Positions 1 to 8,303 of a stretch of 64,000 nucleotides of DNA are shown here, piece by piece. The DNA is from Clostridia bacterium. GTDB taxonomy: Bacteria; Bacillota; Clostridia; Christensenellales; CAG-138. Each line of letters opens with the position of its first letter. The first letter of the stretch is position 1. The notes under the pieces are model-generated. The model was not told where the DNA came from. It saw only the letters and a list, made by a program, of their open reading frames with translations, and searched no databases. The position numbers and the translations under genes were made by a program. The stretch covers positions 3,796 through 67,795 of the forward strand of contig JAFSEB010000040.1 of NCBI GenBank assembly GCA_017435905.1, written 5' to 3'.

Positions 1-77
1 AGCTGCGCACCTACACCACCGCCCGTTACTATACCGATGACGAGATCCTCATTGAGATCACCAAGGGAGGGAAATGA
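1..77 (+). CDS. 3' end of an upstream CDS (partial). Context suggests an aconitase-X catalytic (DUF521-type) subunit.
   Basis: The frame is open from the window edge: ...LRTYTTARYYTDDEILIEITKGGK*. Its TGA (75-77) overlaps the ATG (74-76) of the next gene (ATGA coupling). Identity is guessed only from the DUF126-type neighbour. Confidence 0.3.
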   Translation, partial: LRTYTTARYYTDDEILIEITKGGK

Positions 78-523
78 CCATGAAGAAATTTCAGGGACGT
101 ACCGTAGCCGCCGGCACCGTCACGGCGGAGGCTCTCGTTTCCCACGGCGGCCTCAACACCCTTGCATCCTTCCAGAAGGCGCTGCAGTTCGGCGATAAGA
201 AGGCCACCTGCGGCGACCAGAACAACCCCGACCTGTTCGGCAAGCAGATGGCGGGAAAAGCCCTCTGCCTGCCCCAGACCATCGGCTCCACCACCGGCGG
301 CCTTGTGCTGTACTGCGCCTGCAGCATGCACCGGCAGCCTGCCTGCATGCTCTTCAGCCAGCCCATCGATTCGCTGGCGGCGGCAGGCGCCGTGCTGGCG
401 GATGTGTGGCTGGAGGATGTTTCCATGCCCGTTGTGGACTGCCTTGGCGAGGAGTTCCTCAACTATGTGAAGGACGGCATGAAGATCACCGTCTGCGAGG
501 ACGGATCCGTTACCGTGGAATAA
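74..523 (+). CDS. DUF126 / aconitase-X swivel-domain family protein
   Basis: 149-aa ORF. The core LPQTIGSTTGGLVLY...AAAGAVLADV...MPVVD...ITVCEDGSVTV resembles the small swivel subunit that pairs with DUF521 proteins. An alternative start is ATG 80. Confidence 0.65.
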   Translation: MTMKKFQGRTVAAGTVTAEALVSHGGLNTLASFQKALQFGDKKATCGDQNNPDLFGKQMAGKALCLPQTIGSTTGGLVLYCACSMHRQPACMLFSQPIDSLAAAGAVLADVWLEDVSMPVVDCLGEEFLNYVKDGMKITVCEDGSVTVE

Positions 524-531
524 AAAAACAG

Positions 532-564
532 GCATCCCCCGGCAGGTATCGGGGGATGCTTTTT
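532..564 (+). terminator. Rho-independent terminator
   Basis: GCATCCCCC (532-540) pairs with GGGGGATGC (551-559) and is followed by TTTTT, directly after the stop at 523. Confidence 0.6.
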
Positions 565-604
565 CCGTTTTCCGCCACCCTAAAGAAAAAAGGAGTTTGA
601 AACC

Positions 605-1780
605 ATGGATCGTTACGAACGTGCCCTTGCATTGAAGGAGGAACTCGTCTCCCACAGGCGGTATTTCCATACCCATGCGGAGACGGGTCTTACCATGCCC
701 CTTGCAAAGGCGTATATCAAGGAACAGCTGCAGAAGCTGGGCATCGAAGCGAAGGATTGCGGCGAAGGCGTCACCGCCACCGTGGGCAGCGGCGGCAAGG
801 TGATCCTGCTTCGGGCGGATATGGATGCCCTGCCCATGCGTGAGGAAAGCGGCGAGCCCTTTATGAGCCAAACGGATGCCGCCCACACCTGCGGTCACGA
901 TCTTCACGCCGCCATGCTGCTTGGGGCGGCAAAGCTGCTCAAGGAAAACGAAAGCGCCCTTAAGGGTACCGTGAAGCTGATGTTTCAGCCGGCGGAGGAG
1001 ACCCTTTCCGGCGCAAAGCACATGATCGAACACGGCATCCTGTCGGATCCCCCGGTGGATGCTGCCCTTGGGTACCATGTGAACGGCGGCAGGGAAGCGC
1101 CCGGCGGCTTCCTTTATAACAGCAGCGCTGCCATGATGTTCTCTGCGGATATGTTCCGCATCACATTGAATGGAAAGGGAACTCACGGCGCCTATCCCCA
1201 GCTGGGGGTGGACCCCATCCTCATCGGCAGCCACATCGTCATTGCACTTGAAGCACTTATTGCCCGGGAAACGGATCCGCAGGCGGCTGCGGCGCTTACC
1301 TTCGGCAGCTTTCAGGCAGGTGCGAACACCAACATCATCCCCGAAACGGCGGTGTTGCTCGGTTCCCTCCGCACCAACGATGCGGCGCTCAGAAAGCAGC
1401 TCCTTGCACGCATGGAAGCGGTGGTATCGGGCACGGCGGCGGTCTTTGGCGGCAGCGCAGAGGTGGAGATCCTTTCCGCTGCGCCGCCCCTTGTGACGGA
1501 TGCCGCCATGACGGAGGCGGCGGTGCGCTACATGGGCGAGCTGCCCATCCCCGGCATCAACGGGCAGAACGGCTACAGCGTCAGCGGCTCGGAGGATTTT
1601 GCCTACATTGCCGAGCGTGTGCCGGCTGTTTATATGTTCATTTCCGCCGGCTTCCCCGATGCGAAGGAGACCTACAGCGCCCACAACCCCAAGGTGCGCT
1701 TCAATGAGGATGTGCTGCCCATCGGCACGGCGTGGCTTGCCCACTGCGCCGAAAGGTGGCTGGAGGATAACAGCCGCTGA
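605..1780 (+). CDS. M20D-family amidohydrolase (N-acyl-amino-acid amidohydrolase / hippurate hydrolase-like)
   Basis: 391 aa. It has an AGGAG RBS, the motifs HTCGHDLH, MFQPAEE and GKGTHGAYP, and a length typical of peptidase M20D. Confidence 0.85.
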   Translation: MDRYERALALKEELVSHRRYFHTHAETGLTMPLAKAYIKEQLQKLGIEAKDCGEGVTATVGSGGKVILLRADMDALPMREESGEPFMSQTDAAHTCGHDLHAAMLLGAAKLLKENESALKGTVKLMFQPAEETLSGAKHMIEHGILSDPPVDAALGYHVNGGREAPGGFLYNSSAAMMFSADMFRITLNGKGTHGAYPQLGVDPILIGSHIVIALEALIARETDPQAAAALTFGSFQAGANTNIIPETAVLLGSLRTNDAALRKQLLARMEAVVSGTAAVFGGSAEVEILSAAPPLVTDAAMTEAAVRYMGELPIPGINGQNGYSVSGSEDFAYIAERVPAVYMFISAGFPDAKETYSAHNPKVRFNEDVLPIGTAWLAHCAERWLEDNSR

Positions 1781-1793
1781 CAAAAAACGCACA

Positions 1794-1829
1794 ACACCCC
1801 GGGAAAATGCTTCCCGGGGTGTTTTTTTA
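1794..1829. terminator. Bidirectional terminator between convergent genes
   Basis: ACACCCCGGGAA (1794-1805) pairs with TTCCCGGGGTGT (1811-1822). A T7 run follows and an A-rich run precedes. Confidence 0.6.
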
Positions 1830-2357
1830 TTCGATGATTTCCGGTATGCGGGCATCGACATCGTACTGCGTATCGATCAGCAGGTAAGGGATGCCGCAGC
1901 GCTTCGCCTCCCGAAGCATGTGGGCATTGTCGCAAAGAAGGCTTTCCACGGTGCAGTCTTCATCATCAAGCCTGTTTTCGATGATGTTTGCGTGGCGGCG
2001 GATATCCTCATAATGGGAACGGATATAGCCTTCGCTCATCACAAGGCAGATGCAGCGGATCTTCGCCAGGTAGGCTTCGGAAAAATCCTTCCGGTAATCG
2101 CAGGGGATATAGCAGCCCTCCACGATGAGGTTCTGCCCGTTTTCGATGGCGGTCTTGATCATTTCACGCACAATGGGCCACAAAAGGGCGGTCAGTTCCC
2201 CGTCATCGGAAAGGGGCGTTAAGGCTGTGTGACCGCTGCGGATAAGCCCCATCTTTAAATGGTCGATGGAAAGGTAGGGGTAGTGATACCGCACAAGCAG
2301 CTTTTGCGCAAGGGCGGTCTTCCCCGTGTGGGATGCGCCCGATATCAGTATGACCAT
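1827..2357 (-). CDS. P-loop NTPase / small kinase-like protein
   Basis: Start chosen at ATG 2357 (MVILISGASHTGKT, Walker A) with AGGAGGGAAACGG upstream. The longer ORF to 2564 has no RBS and an implausible N-terminus. Confidence 0.6.
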   Translation of the reverse strand: MVILISGASHTGKTALAQKLLVRYHYPYLSIDHLKMGLIRSGHTALTPLSDDGELTALLWPIVREMIKTAIENGQNLIVEGCYIPCDYRKDFSEAYLAKIRCICLVMSEGYIRSHYEDIRRHANIIENRLDDEDCTVESLLCDNAHMLREAKRCGIPYLLIDTQYDVDARIPEIIE

Positions 2358-2535
2358 CCGTTTCCCTCCTGCTGTCTTCACTGCTTCTATGGTATGACAG
2401 AACCGAAGGGTGCGCAAGAGAAAACTTGCCCGACATGTTCGGGCTTTTTTATGCCCGGAAAGGCACGAAAAAGGCAACATGCATCCGTTCAGTACCAAAA
2501 ACGGTACTTTACGGGAAATTCCTCCGTTTTTTCCC

Positions 2536-2564
2536 TTGATAATTAAAGCCGGATGCACTACCAT
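2536..2564 (+). promoter_or_regulatory. Candidate sigma-70-type promoter of the phage-like operon
   Basis: TTGATA (2536-2541), a 17-nt spacer, then TACCAT (2559-2564). Confidence 0.3.
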
Positions 2565-2576
2565 GTTCTTAAAAAC

Positions 2577-2590
2577 AGAACAAATGTTCT
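2577..2590. promoter_or_regulatory. Cheo-box-like LexA operator (GAAC-N4-GTTC)
   Basis: AGAACAAATGTTCT is a perfect inverted repeat, AGAACA/TGTTCT. It lies 13 nt downstream of the candidate -10 and 25 nt upstream of the ATG at 2615. Confidence 0.45.
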
Positions 2591-2614
2591 AATTACAAAA
2601 GGAGGAAATCGAAC

Positions 2615-3181
2615 ATGAAACAGAAAAACGGTTCCTCCGTGCGCATGATCGAAAACCGCATGGTGGATCCCAACGCCCTTGCCGCACACTACGCCGCTGC
2701 GGCATACGGCGATACAAAGGAACAGGAAAAGGCGGCTTATCGGGAAACGGAAAAAAGGCTGTTCGCCCTTCGGGCGCTGCAGGCACGCATGGCGGAAACG
2801 AAGGAGGAGCTCAGCGAACTTGAAAGCCTTGGCATCGATGCGCTTCGGGAGCACAGCGCTTCCCTTGTCAGGGTGCTGCGCCCCGGCATGCGCCTTGAGC
2901 CGGAGGAGGTGCACCGCATGCAGCTTGATATGCTCCGCGGCAGGCTTGCGGCGGATGAACGGGAGTGGAAGCGGATGCGCATCGCCCTCGATTTCATTCG
3001 GGATGATCCCTACTACCCTGCCGTGGAGGCACGCTACCTGAAGGGCATGGGGGATGGGGATGTGGCGCAGCGGCTTTGCTGTGATCCTTCCACCGTGCGC
3101 CGCAACAGGGTGCGCCTTGTGCGCACGCTGGCCCTTCGCCTTTACGGGCTTGGAGGTGTGCTGTGCGTGAACTCTTACTGA
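2615..3181 (+). CDS. Phage late-gene regulator-like protein (ArpU/RinA / sigma-70 region-4-like HTH). It could double as a small terminase.
   Basis: 188 aa. The C-terminal ...YLKGMGDGDVAQRLCCDPSTVRRNRVRLVRTLALRLYG looks like a sigma region-4 HTH. It sits immediately upstream of terL and overlaps it. Confidence 0.5.
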   Translation: MKQKNGSSVRMIENRMVDPNALAAHYAAAAYGDTKEQEKAAYRETEKRLFALRALQARMAETKEELSELESLGIDALREHSASLVRVLRPGMRLEPEEVHRMQLDMLRGRLAADEREWKRMRIALDFIRDDPYYPAVEARYLKGMGDGDVAQRLCCDPSTVRRNRVRLVRTLALRLYGLGGVLCVNSY

Positions 3182-4506
3182 CGGGTACGCCCAATGCAAG
3201 GCAGGCGGAGTTTTTTCGGGCAACGGCACGCCACACCGCCTACGGCGGCGCCCGGGGCGGCGGCAAAAGCTGGGCCATGCGGCGAAAGCTGGTGCTGCTT
3301 TGCCTTGCTACGCCAAACCTCAATGCGCTGCTGCTGCGCCGCACGCTGCCGGAGCTGAGGGAAAACCATGTGGTGCCCCTTTTGAAGGAGCTTCACGGCG
3401 TGGCGGAATATAACGGCACGGAGCGCACCTTCCGCTTTCCCAACGGATCACGGCTGCGCCTTGGCTACTGCGACGGCGCCAACGATGTGTACCAGTATCA
3501 GGGGCAGGAATACGATGTCATCGGCATGGAGGAAGCCACCCATTTTACAGAGGAACAAATGCGCTTTTTGACCACCTGCAACCGTACCGTAAAGGCGGAT
3601 TTCCGCCCACGGATGTACTATACCTGCAACCCGGGCAACGTGGGGCACGCATGGGTGAAGCGGCTTTTTATCGACAGGCAGTACCAAAGCGGCGAACGGC
3701 CGGAGGATTATGCCTTCATCCCTGCAAGGGTGTGGGACAACAAGGTGCTGCTTGCTGCGGATCCCGATTATGTGCGCCAGCTGCAGGCTTTGCCGGAGGA
3801 GCTTCGCCGTGCCCACCTTGACGGCGACTGGGATGTGCACGCAGGACAGTATTTCCGTGAGTTTTCCCGGGAAAAGCACGTGGCGGAACCCTTTTCCGTC
3901 CCCAAATGGTGGCGGCGCTTCCGCTCCATGGATTGGGGGTACAACGATCCCTGCTGCGTGCTGTGGCATGCGGTGGATGGGGATGGGCGTGTGTTCACCT
4001 ACAGGGAGCTGTATGTGCGGCACACGCAGGCATCGGAGGTGGCAAAGAAGATCATCTCCCTGACGGGGGATGAGGAGATCGCCTATACCGTGGCATCGCC
4101 GGATATGTGGCAGAAACGTGGGGCGGTACTGAAGGCGGAGGGCGGCTTTACCGGCGAGAGCATCGCAGAGCTGTTTGCACGCTTTGGCGTTGCGCTGACC
4201 CCTGCGGACAACGCCCGTGTGGCAGGCTGGCAGCGTGTGAGGGAATACCTTGCGGAAAACGAGGCAGGGGAGCCTTATTGGCAGGTGTTTCCCGATTGCG
4301 TGAACCTGATCCGCACGCTGCCCCTTCTGCAGTTTGACTCCCACAACCGTGAGGATGCTGCCGATGGGGATGACCACGCACCGGAGGCGCTCCGCTATGC
4401 GCTGATGTCACGCCCCCGAAAAAGCGAACAGGCCGCAGCAAGGCGGCAGAAACGTTACGATCCTTTTTCCCAGCCCACCGCCCGTGCAGGCTTTATGGAG
4501 CGCTGA
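3163..4506 (+). CDS. terL: Phage terminase large subunit
   Basis: 447 aa. It has the Walker A-like GGARGGGKS, DVIGMEEATHF, and C-terminal acidic nuclease-type motifs (HLDGDWDV, EDAADGDDHAPEA). The GTG start follows GGAGGTG. Confidence 0.9.
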   Translation: MRELLLTGTPNARQAEFFRATARHTAYGGARGGGKSWAMRRKLVLLCLATPNLNALLLRRTLPELRENHVVPLLKELHGVAEYNGTERTFRFPNGSRLRLGYCDGANDVYQYQGQEYDVIGMEEATHFTEEQMRFLTTCNRTVKADFRPRMYYTCNPGNVGHAWVKRLFIDRQYQSGERPEDYAFIPARVWDNKVLLAADPDYVRQLQALPEELRRAHLDGDWDVHAGQYFREFSREKHVAEPFSVPKWWRRFRSMDWGYNDPCCVLWHAVDGDGRVFTYRELYVRHTQASEVAKKIISLTGDEEIAYTVASPDMWQKRGAVLKAEGGFTGESIAELFARFGVALTPADNARVAGWQRVREYLAENEAGEPYWQVFPDCVNLIRTLPLLQFDSHNREDAADGDDHAPEALRYALMSRPRKSEQAAARRQKRYDPFSQPTARAGFMER

Positions 4507-4565
4507 GGAAACAAACACAGGCATACAACAACACAATACAAAACAAAAAAGAGAGGAAACAAGAT

Positions 4566-6164
4566 ATGACCAACAGCAATCGAAACAAGACCGAACGCCT
4601 TTACGAACTTTTTGAAGAATACCGCAGCGCATATGCCGCCGAATGGGACCGCCTTGAGCGCTGCGAGCGCATCTACCGGGGCGACCACTGGCAGGATGTG
4701 CCGCAGCAGGATGAAAACGAGCCCCGACCCGTAACGCCGGTGCTGCAGTCCACCATTGAAAACGTCCGTGCGGACCTTATTGACAACATGCCGGAGGCTG
4801 TCATCGTCTCCGACGGGGCAGGGCATGAGCGTGTGGCGGAAATGCTCACCGCCCTCATTCGGGAAAACCACCGCCTTTGCCGCTTCGACAGGGAATATGC
4901 CAACATGATGCACGACCTGCTTGTGGGCGGCTACATGGTGCAGGAGACCGGCTACGACAGCGAGCTCAACGGCGGCTTCGGCGCAGCATTTCTCCGTGCG
5001 GTGGATCCCCACAGCATCATGTTCGATCCCCTTGTTGCGGATATCCGCCAGTCGAGGGCGATCTTCAAATTTGCACCCTATCCGCTGGATTGGTTCCGTG
5101 CCCATTATCCCGAGCAGGCGGCGGATATGCGGGAGGATATCTTCCGCCCCGTGCGTGTGCAGGATGACCACCTCCGGCAGGAAAACCGGGATATGGTGCT
5201 GCTCATCGAGGCATGGGAACGGGAATACGACAACGAAAGCGGCAGGCACCGTGTGCACATGACAAAGCTGGCAGGCGGCGTCATCCTTGAGGACAGCCGT
5301 GACCACAAGCCCCAGGGCTATTTTGCCCACGGGGAATATCCCTTTGTGGTGACGCCCCTGTTCCTCCGCAAGGGCACGCCCCTCGGCTACGGGTTTGTGG
5401 ATATGTTCGAGACCCAGCAGCGCTATGCGGATAAGCTCGACCAGATCATCCTGAAAAATGCGCTGATGGCATCCCACAACAAGCTGCTCATCACCGGCGC
5501 TTCCGGCTTCGACCCGGAGGATCTTCGCGACTGGTCCAAGGAGGTGCACCGGGGCGAAAGCCTTGCAGGCGTGACATGGTTCCCCACCGCACCGCTGCCG
5601 GGCTACCTTCTCAGCTACGGGGAGCACATCCGCCAAAGCATCCGTGAGGAATCCGGCACCAACGATTTTTCCCGTGGACAGACCTACGGCGGCGTTACGG
5701 CAGCCTCTGCCATCGCTGCGCTGCAGGAAGCCGGCAGCAAGCGCAGCCGCATGATCGCCCGGGCGGTGCACAGCGCCTTTGAGGAAGCCGTCCGTCAGGA
5801 GCTGGAGGTGGAGCGTGAGTTTTGCGTGCTGCCCCGCCGCATCACCCTTGAAAATGCGGAGACAGGCAGGGAGGAAGCCATCGCCTTCACCGGCGAGACC
5901 ATGTTCGAGCTTACCGCACGCAAAAACCGCCTGCCCCTTGAGTTCGGCGTCAGCGTCAAGGCGCAGAAGGAGAACCGCTTCAGCGTGGCGGCCCATAATG
6001 AGCTTGTGCTGAGCCTTGTGAAGCTCAACATGATCACCCCTGCCATCGGCCTTGATATGCTGCTTTTCGACGGCAAACGGGAAGCGCAGGCGAAGATGCG
6101 TGAGCATCTCCGCATGGAGCAGGAGCAGGCACAGCAGGCGCAGGCTGCACCGCTGCAGCGTTAA
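4566..6164 (+). CDS. Phage portal protein
   Basis: 532 aa with RBS AGAGAGGAAA, located directly after terL. Size, position and the N-terminal ...RIYRGDHWQ... region are typical of portal proteins. The family was not verified by HMM. Confidence 0.75.
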   Translation: MTNSNRNKTERLYELFEEYRSAYAAEWDRLERCERIYRGDHWQDVPQQDENEPRPVTPVLQSTIENVRADLIDNMPEAVIVSDGAGHERVAEMLTALIRENHRLCRFDREYANMMHDLLVGGYMVQETGYDSELNGGFGAAFLRAVDPHSIMFDPLVADIRQSRAIFKFAPYPLDWFRAHYPEQAADMREDIFRPVRVQDDHLRQENRDMVLLIEAWEREYDNESGRHRVHMTKLAGGVILEDSRDHKPQGYFAHGEYPFVVTPLFLRKGTPLGYGFVDMFETQQRYADKLDQIILKNALMASHNKLLITGASGFDPEDLRDWSKEVHRGESLAGVTWFPTAPLPGYLLSYGEHIRQSIREESGTNDFSRGQTYGGVTAASAIAALQEAGSKRSRMIARAVHSAFEEAVRQELEVEREFCVLPRRITLENAETGREEAIAFTGETMFELTARKNRLPLEFGVSVKAQKENRFSVAAHNELVLSLVKLNMITPAIGLDMLLFDGKREAQAKMREHLRMEQEQAQQAQAAPLQR

Positions 6165-6179
6165 CGGGAGGCGCTCCCC

Positions 6180-6386
6180 ATGAAAAAGTTTGAACGCATG
6201 ACGAAGAAGGGAGCGGAGGCAGGGCTTTCCTGCCTTCTCTCCATCTGCACGGATACGGAGCAGAAAGCGGCGGACAGGATCGCAGCGGCAAAGGTGCTCA
6301 TCGACTTCGGCCGCAAGGCGGAAGCAGCGGAGGATGGCGCACTTCGGGTGGTGCTGGAGGGCGTGCCGAAGGAGTTTTTATGTTAA
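6180..6386 (+). CDS. Small hypothetical protein (68 aa) in the phage-like operon
   Basis: A GGGAGG RBS lies 6 nt before the ATG. The gene is tightly packed between the portal gene and the 623-aa gene. No recognisable motif was found. Confidence 0.45.
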   Translation: MKKFERMTKKGAEAGLSCLLSICTDTEQKAADRIAAAKVLIDFGRKAEAAEDGALRVVLEGVPKEFLC

Positions 6387-6413
6387 AAAATTAAGAAAAG
6401 GAAGGAAAAATAC

Positions 6414-8285
6414 ATGTATTGGGAGAATTTATACAATAAGAAGAACAAGGTAAACAAGCCTGTGGAGCTGGATTATTTTCAGCAGGAAAAGGTGAAAGAG
6501 TACCGGCAGCTTGCCGATGATGCAAACCGCTGGCTGGATCTTCCTACGGTACCTTCACGGCTTTCCTCTTCGGGGATCTCTATACCGGGCTTTCTGCATG
6601 AGGAGCAGAATGTCAGGAACATGCAGGCAGCCCTCGGCGTAGAGGAAGACGGCGATTGGGGCCCCGTAACGGAAAAAGCATTCCGCACCACCCTTATCAA
6701 CCAGCGTGACGGGGCGGAAAACGCCATTTCGGAGATATTTGCCGCTGCTGCGGCGGAGCAGGAACGGGCGGAGAAGGCGCAGCCGCAGCTTGCCTACGGC
6801 ACGGCGCAGGTGGGGCAGTACCTTGCCGCACCGGCATCAGTACAGAAACCGGTCTACCTTACCGCAGACGGCAGCCGCACCAATGTACCCACCGGCACTT
6901 CCCCGAAAAAGGAACAGGTCTACCTTACCGCAGACGGCAAGCGCACCAACGTGCCGGGCATCACCGCAAGCCCCGGTTCCTCCGGCAGCAAGGGCAGCAC
7001 CGGTATTGCAGCCTATGACCGCACGATGCAAACGGCAGATGCTTCCAGCCTTGGCAGCACCGCAAAAAATACCCTTGCTGCGCCAAGTTATAACCGCACT
7101 GCCCTTACTGCAGACGAGCCCCACGGCGCCGCAGCGGAGCGTGGGAACATCTACAACACCGCAGACGGCAAACGGACGAATGTGGTAGGCGGCGCACGGA
7201 ACAGCGGCATTGGCAGGCCGACAGCCATGGAAAAAGGAGAACCCATTGCCCGCTTTGGCGGTGCAGTGCCCCAAAACAGCAGCCCGACCGACGGCTATCA
7301 AGGTGGGCCTGTGGATGAGACGGTGCTTAGCAGCAAGACAAGCGAGCTTTTGAGTAACGTAGCGAATCAGATGAAACAAACTTACTTAACATACAAAGTA
7401 GATGCTGAGCCGTGGAGTGAAGAATGGAACATGCAGCGAATGAAGAAAAAAGAGCTGCACGATAATTGGCAAAAGGCGCAGTGGCTTTATTGGGATTATC
7501 TGCTGAATCATGAAACGGATGAAATGAACGCAGATGATGTCTATGCAGTTTCACCGAATCTTTTGATTGATTTGGCTGTAAGCGATGGAAAGGATTCGAT
7601 TGCATCGCACGGATATAACAAGGACAATTATCCGCATGTTTCGGTTATAGATAATGAATTGAAACAGTTCAGAGATGAGGGTGCCTTATACACATATGCG
7701 GGCAGCAAATTGAACTATTATACAAAGGTTAGTGGTTTGGAGCATATGTGCAGCATCTATTCGGTGGATTGGGGAAACGGCAATGTTGAATTCGTTACAG
7801 GACCGATTGTAAGCGGAACAATAATCAAAAACGAAAAGAAAAACACGGAAACCCCAAATGTAATCATGCCGTTTGCTGCGAGCATAATTGGTGCGAAAAA
7901 CTACACCGCTGAAATGGAAAAGATATTCAGAGGCGCAAAAGTTGAGTATGAAGGGATCATTCATTCGCATCCAAGCTATTTATCTGATACTTATGGCTAT
8001 GATAATAACGATGAGTTTTCCTGGGGTGACGGATTAGCTGCGCTGCTTGCAGGCCAAATAACCTTGACAACACAAGATAGTACTATGTTTGTCCTGAACC
8101 AGGATGAGGCACTGGAGGTAGTGATATCAGGATTAAAGGCTGATATTGCAAGACTCTTAAAGAATAGCAACTTAGAAAAAAGAGATGAAATTGATTGGAA
8201 CTCTATCATCCAAAGCTCACAAGATTTCCGCAGGGGAAGAAATTTTACAACTCTTCCGTACCACGCTTTTGACGCACGGGAATAA
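6414..8285 (+). CDS. Modular 623-aa protein with a PG_binding_1-like motif, tandem repeats and a C-terminal HSHP...DEFSWGD (JAB/DUF4329-like?) domain. It is the candidate main gene of a polymorphic locus.
   Basis: RBS AAGGAAGGA. There is no signal peptide and no TM helix. NMQAALGVEEDGDWGPVTEKAFRT is a peptidoglycan-binding-type motif. The motif (V/I)Y(L/N)TADG(S/K)RTNV occurs three times. The C-terminus reads GIIHSHPS-x12-DEFSWGDG...ITLTTQDSTMFVL. Confidence 0.8.
   Translation: MYWENLYNKKNKVNKPVELDYFQQEKVKEYRQLADDANRWLDLPTVPSRLSSSGISIPGFLHEEQNVRNMQAALGVEEDGDWGPVTEKAFRTTLINQRDGAENAISEIFAAAAAEQERAEKAQPQLAYGTAQVGQYLAAPASVQKPVYLTADGSRTNVPTGTSPKKEQVYLTADGKRTNVPGITASPGSSGSKGSTGIAAYDRTMQTADASSLGSTAKNTLAAPSYNRTALTADEPHGAAAERGNIYNTADGKRTNVVGGARNSGIGRPTAMEKGEPIARFGGAVPQNSSPTDGYQGGPVDETVLSSKTSELLSNVANQMKQTYLTYKVDAEPWSEEWNMQRMKKKELHDNWQKAQWLYWDYLLNHETDEMNADDVYAVSPNLLIDLAVSDGKDSIASHGYNKDNYPHVSVIDNELKQFRDEGALYTYAGSKLNYYTKVSGLEHMCSIYSVDWGNGNVEFVTGPIVSGTIIKNEKKNTETPNVIMPFAASIIGAKNYTAEMEKIFRGAKVEYEGIIHSHPSYLSDTYGYDNNDEFSWGDGLAALLAGQITLTTQDSTMFVLNQDEALEVVISGLKADIARLLKNSNLEKRDEIDWNSIIQSSQDFRRGRNFTTLPYHAFDARE
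6851..6955 (+). repeat. In-frame tandem coding repeat (two 39-nt copies, 66-nt period)
   Basis: GGTCTACCTTACCGCAGACGGCA(G/A)(C/G)CGCACCAA(T/C)GT(A/G)CC occurs at 6851-6889 and 6917-6955. A degenerate third copy lies at 7149-7185. Confidence 0.8.
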
Positions 8286-8303
8286 TTAAAAGAGGAGACA
8301 AAC

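Noticed and set aside
29-1861. 610-aa ORF on the - strand spanning the DUF126 and M20D genes
   Set aside because: It runs antisense to two well-supported genes. Its composition is Arg/Gly/Ala/His-rich with no motifs and no RBS. This is a typical shadow ORF in GC-rich DNA.
4455-6107. 550-aa - strand ORF opposite the portal gene (and 3448-4377 opposite terL)
   Set aside because: It is an antisense shadow of strongly supported phage genes, with low-complexity G/A/H/R-rich translation.
6414-8285. MuF/SPP1-gp7 head-morphogenesis domain at the N-terminus of the 623-aa protein
   Set aside because: The position after the portal gene suggested it, but I cannot see MuF-type motifs in the N-terminal region. 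Only an HMM search could settle this, so I did not call it.
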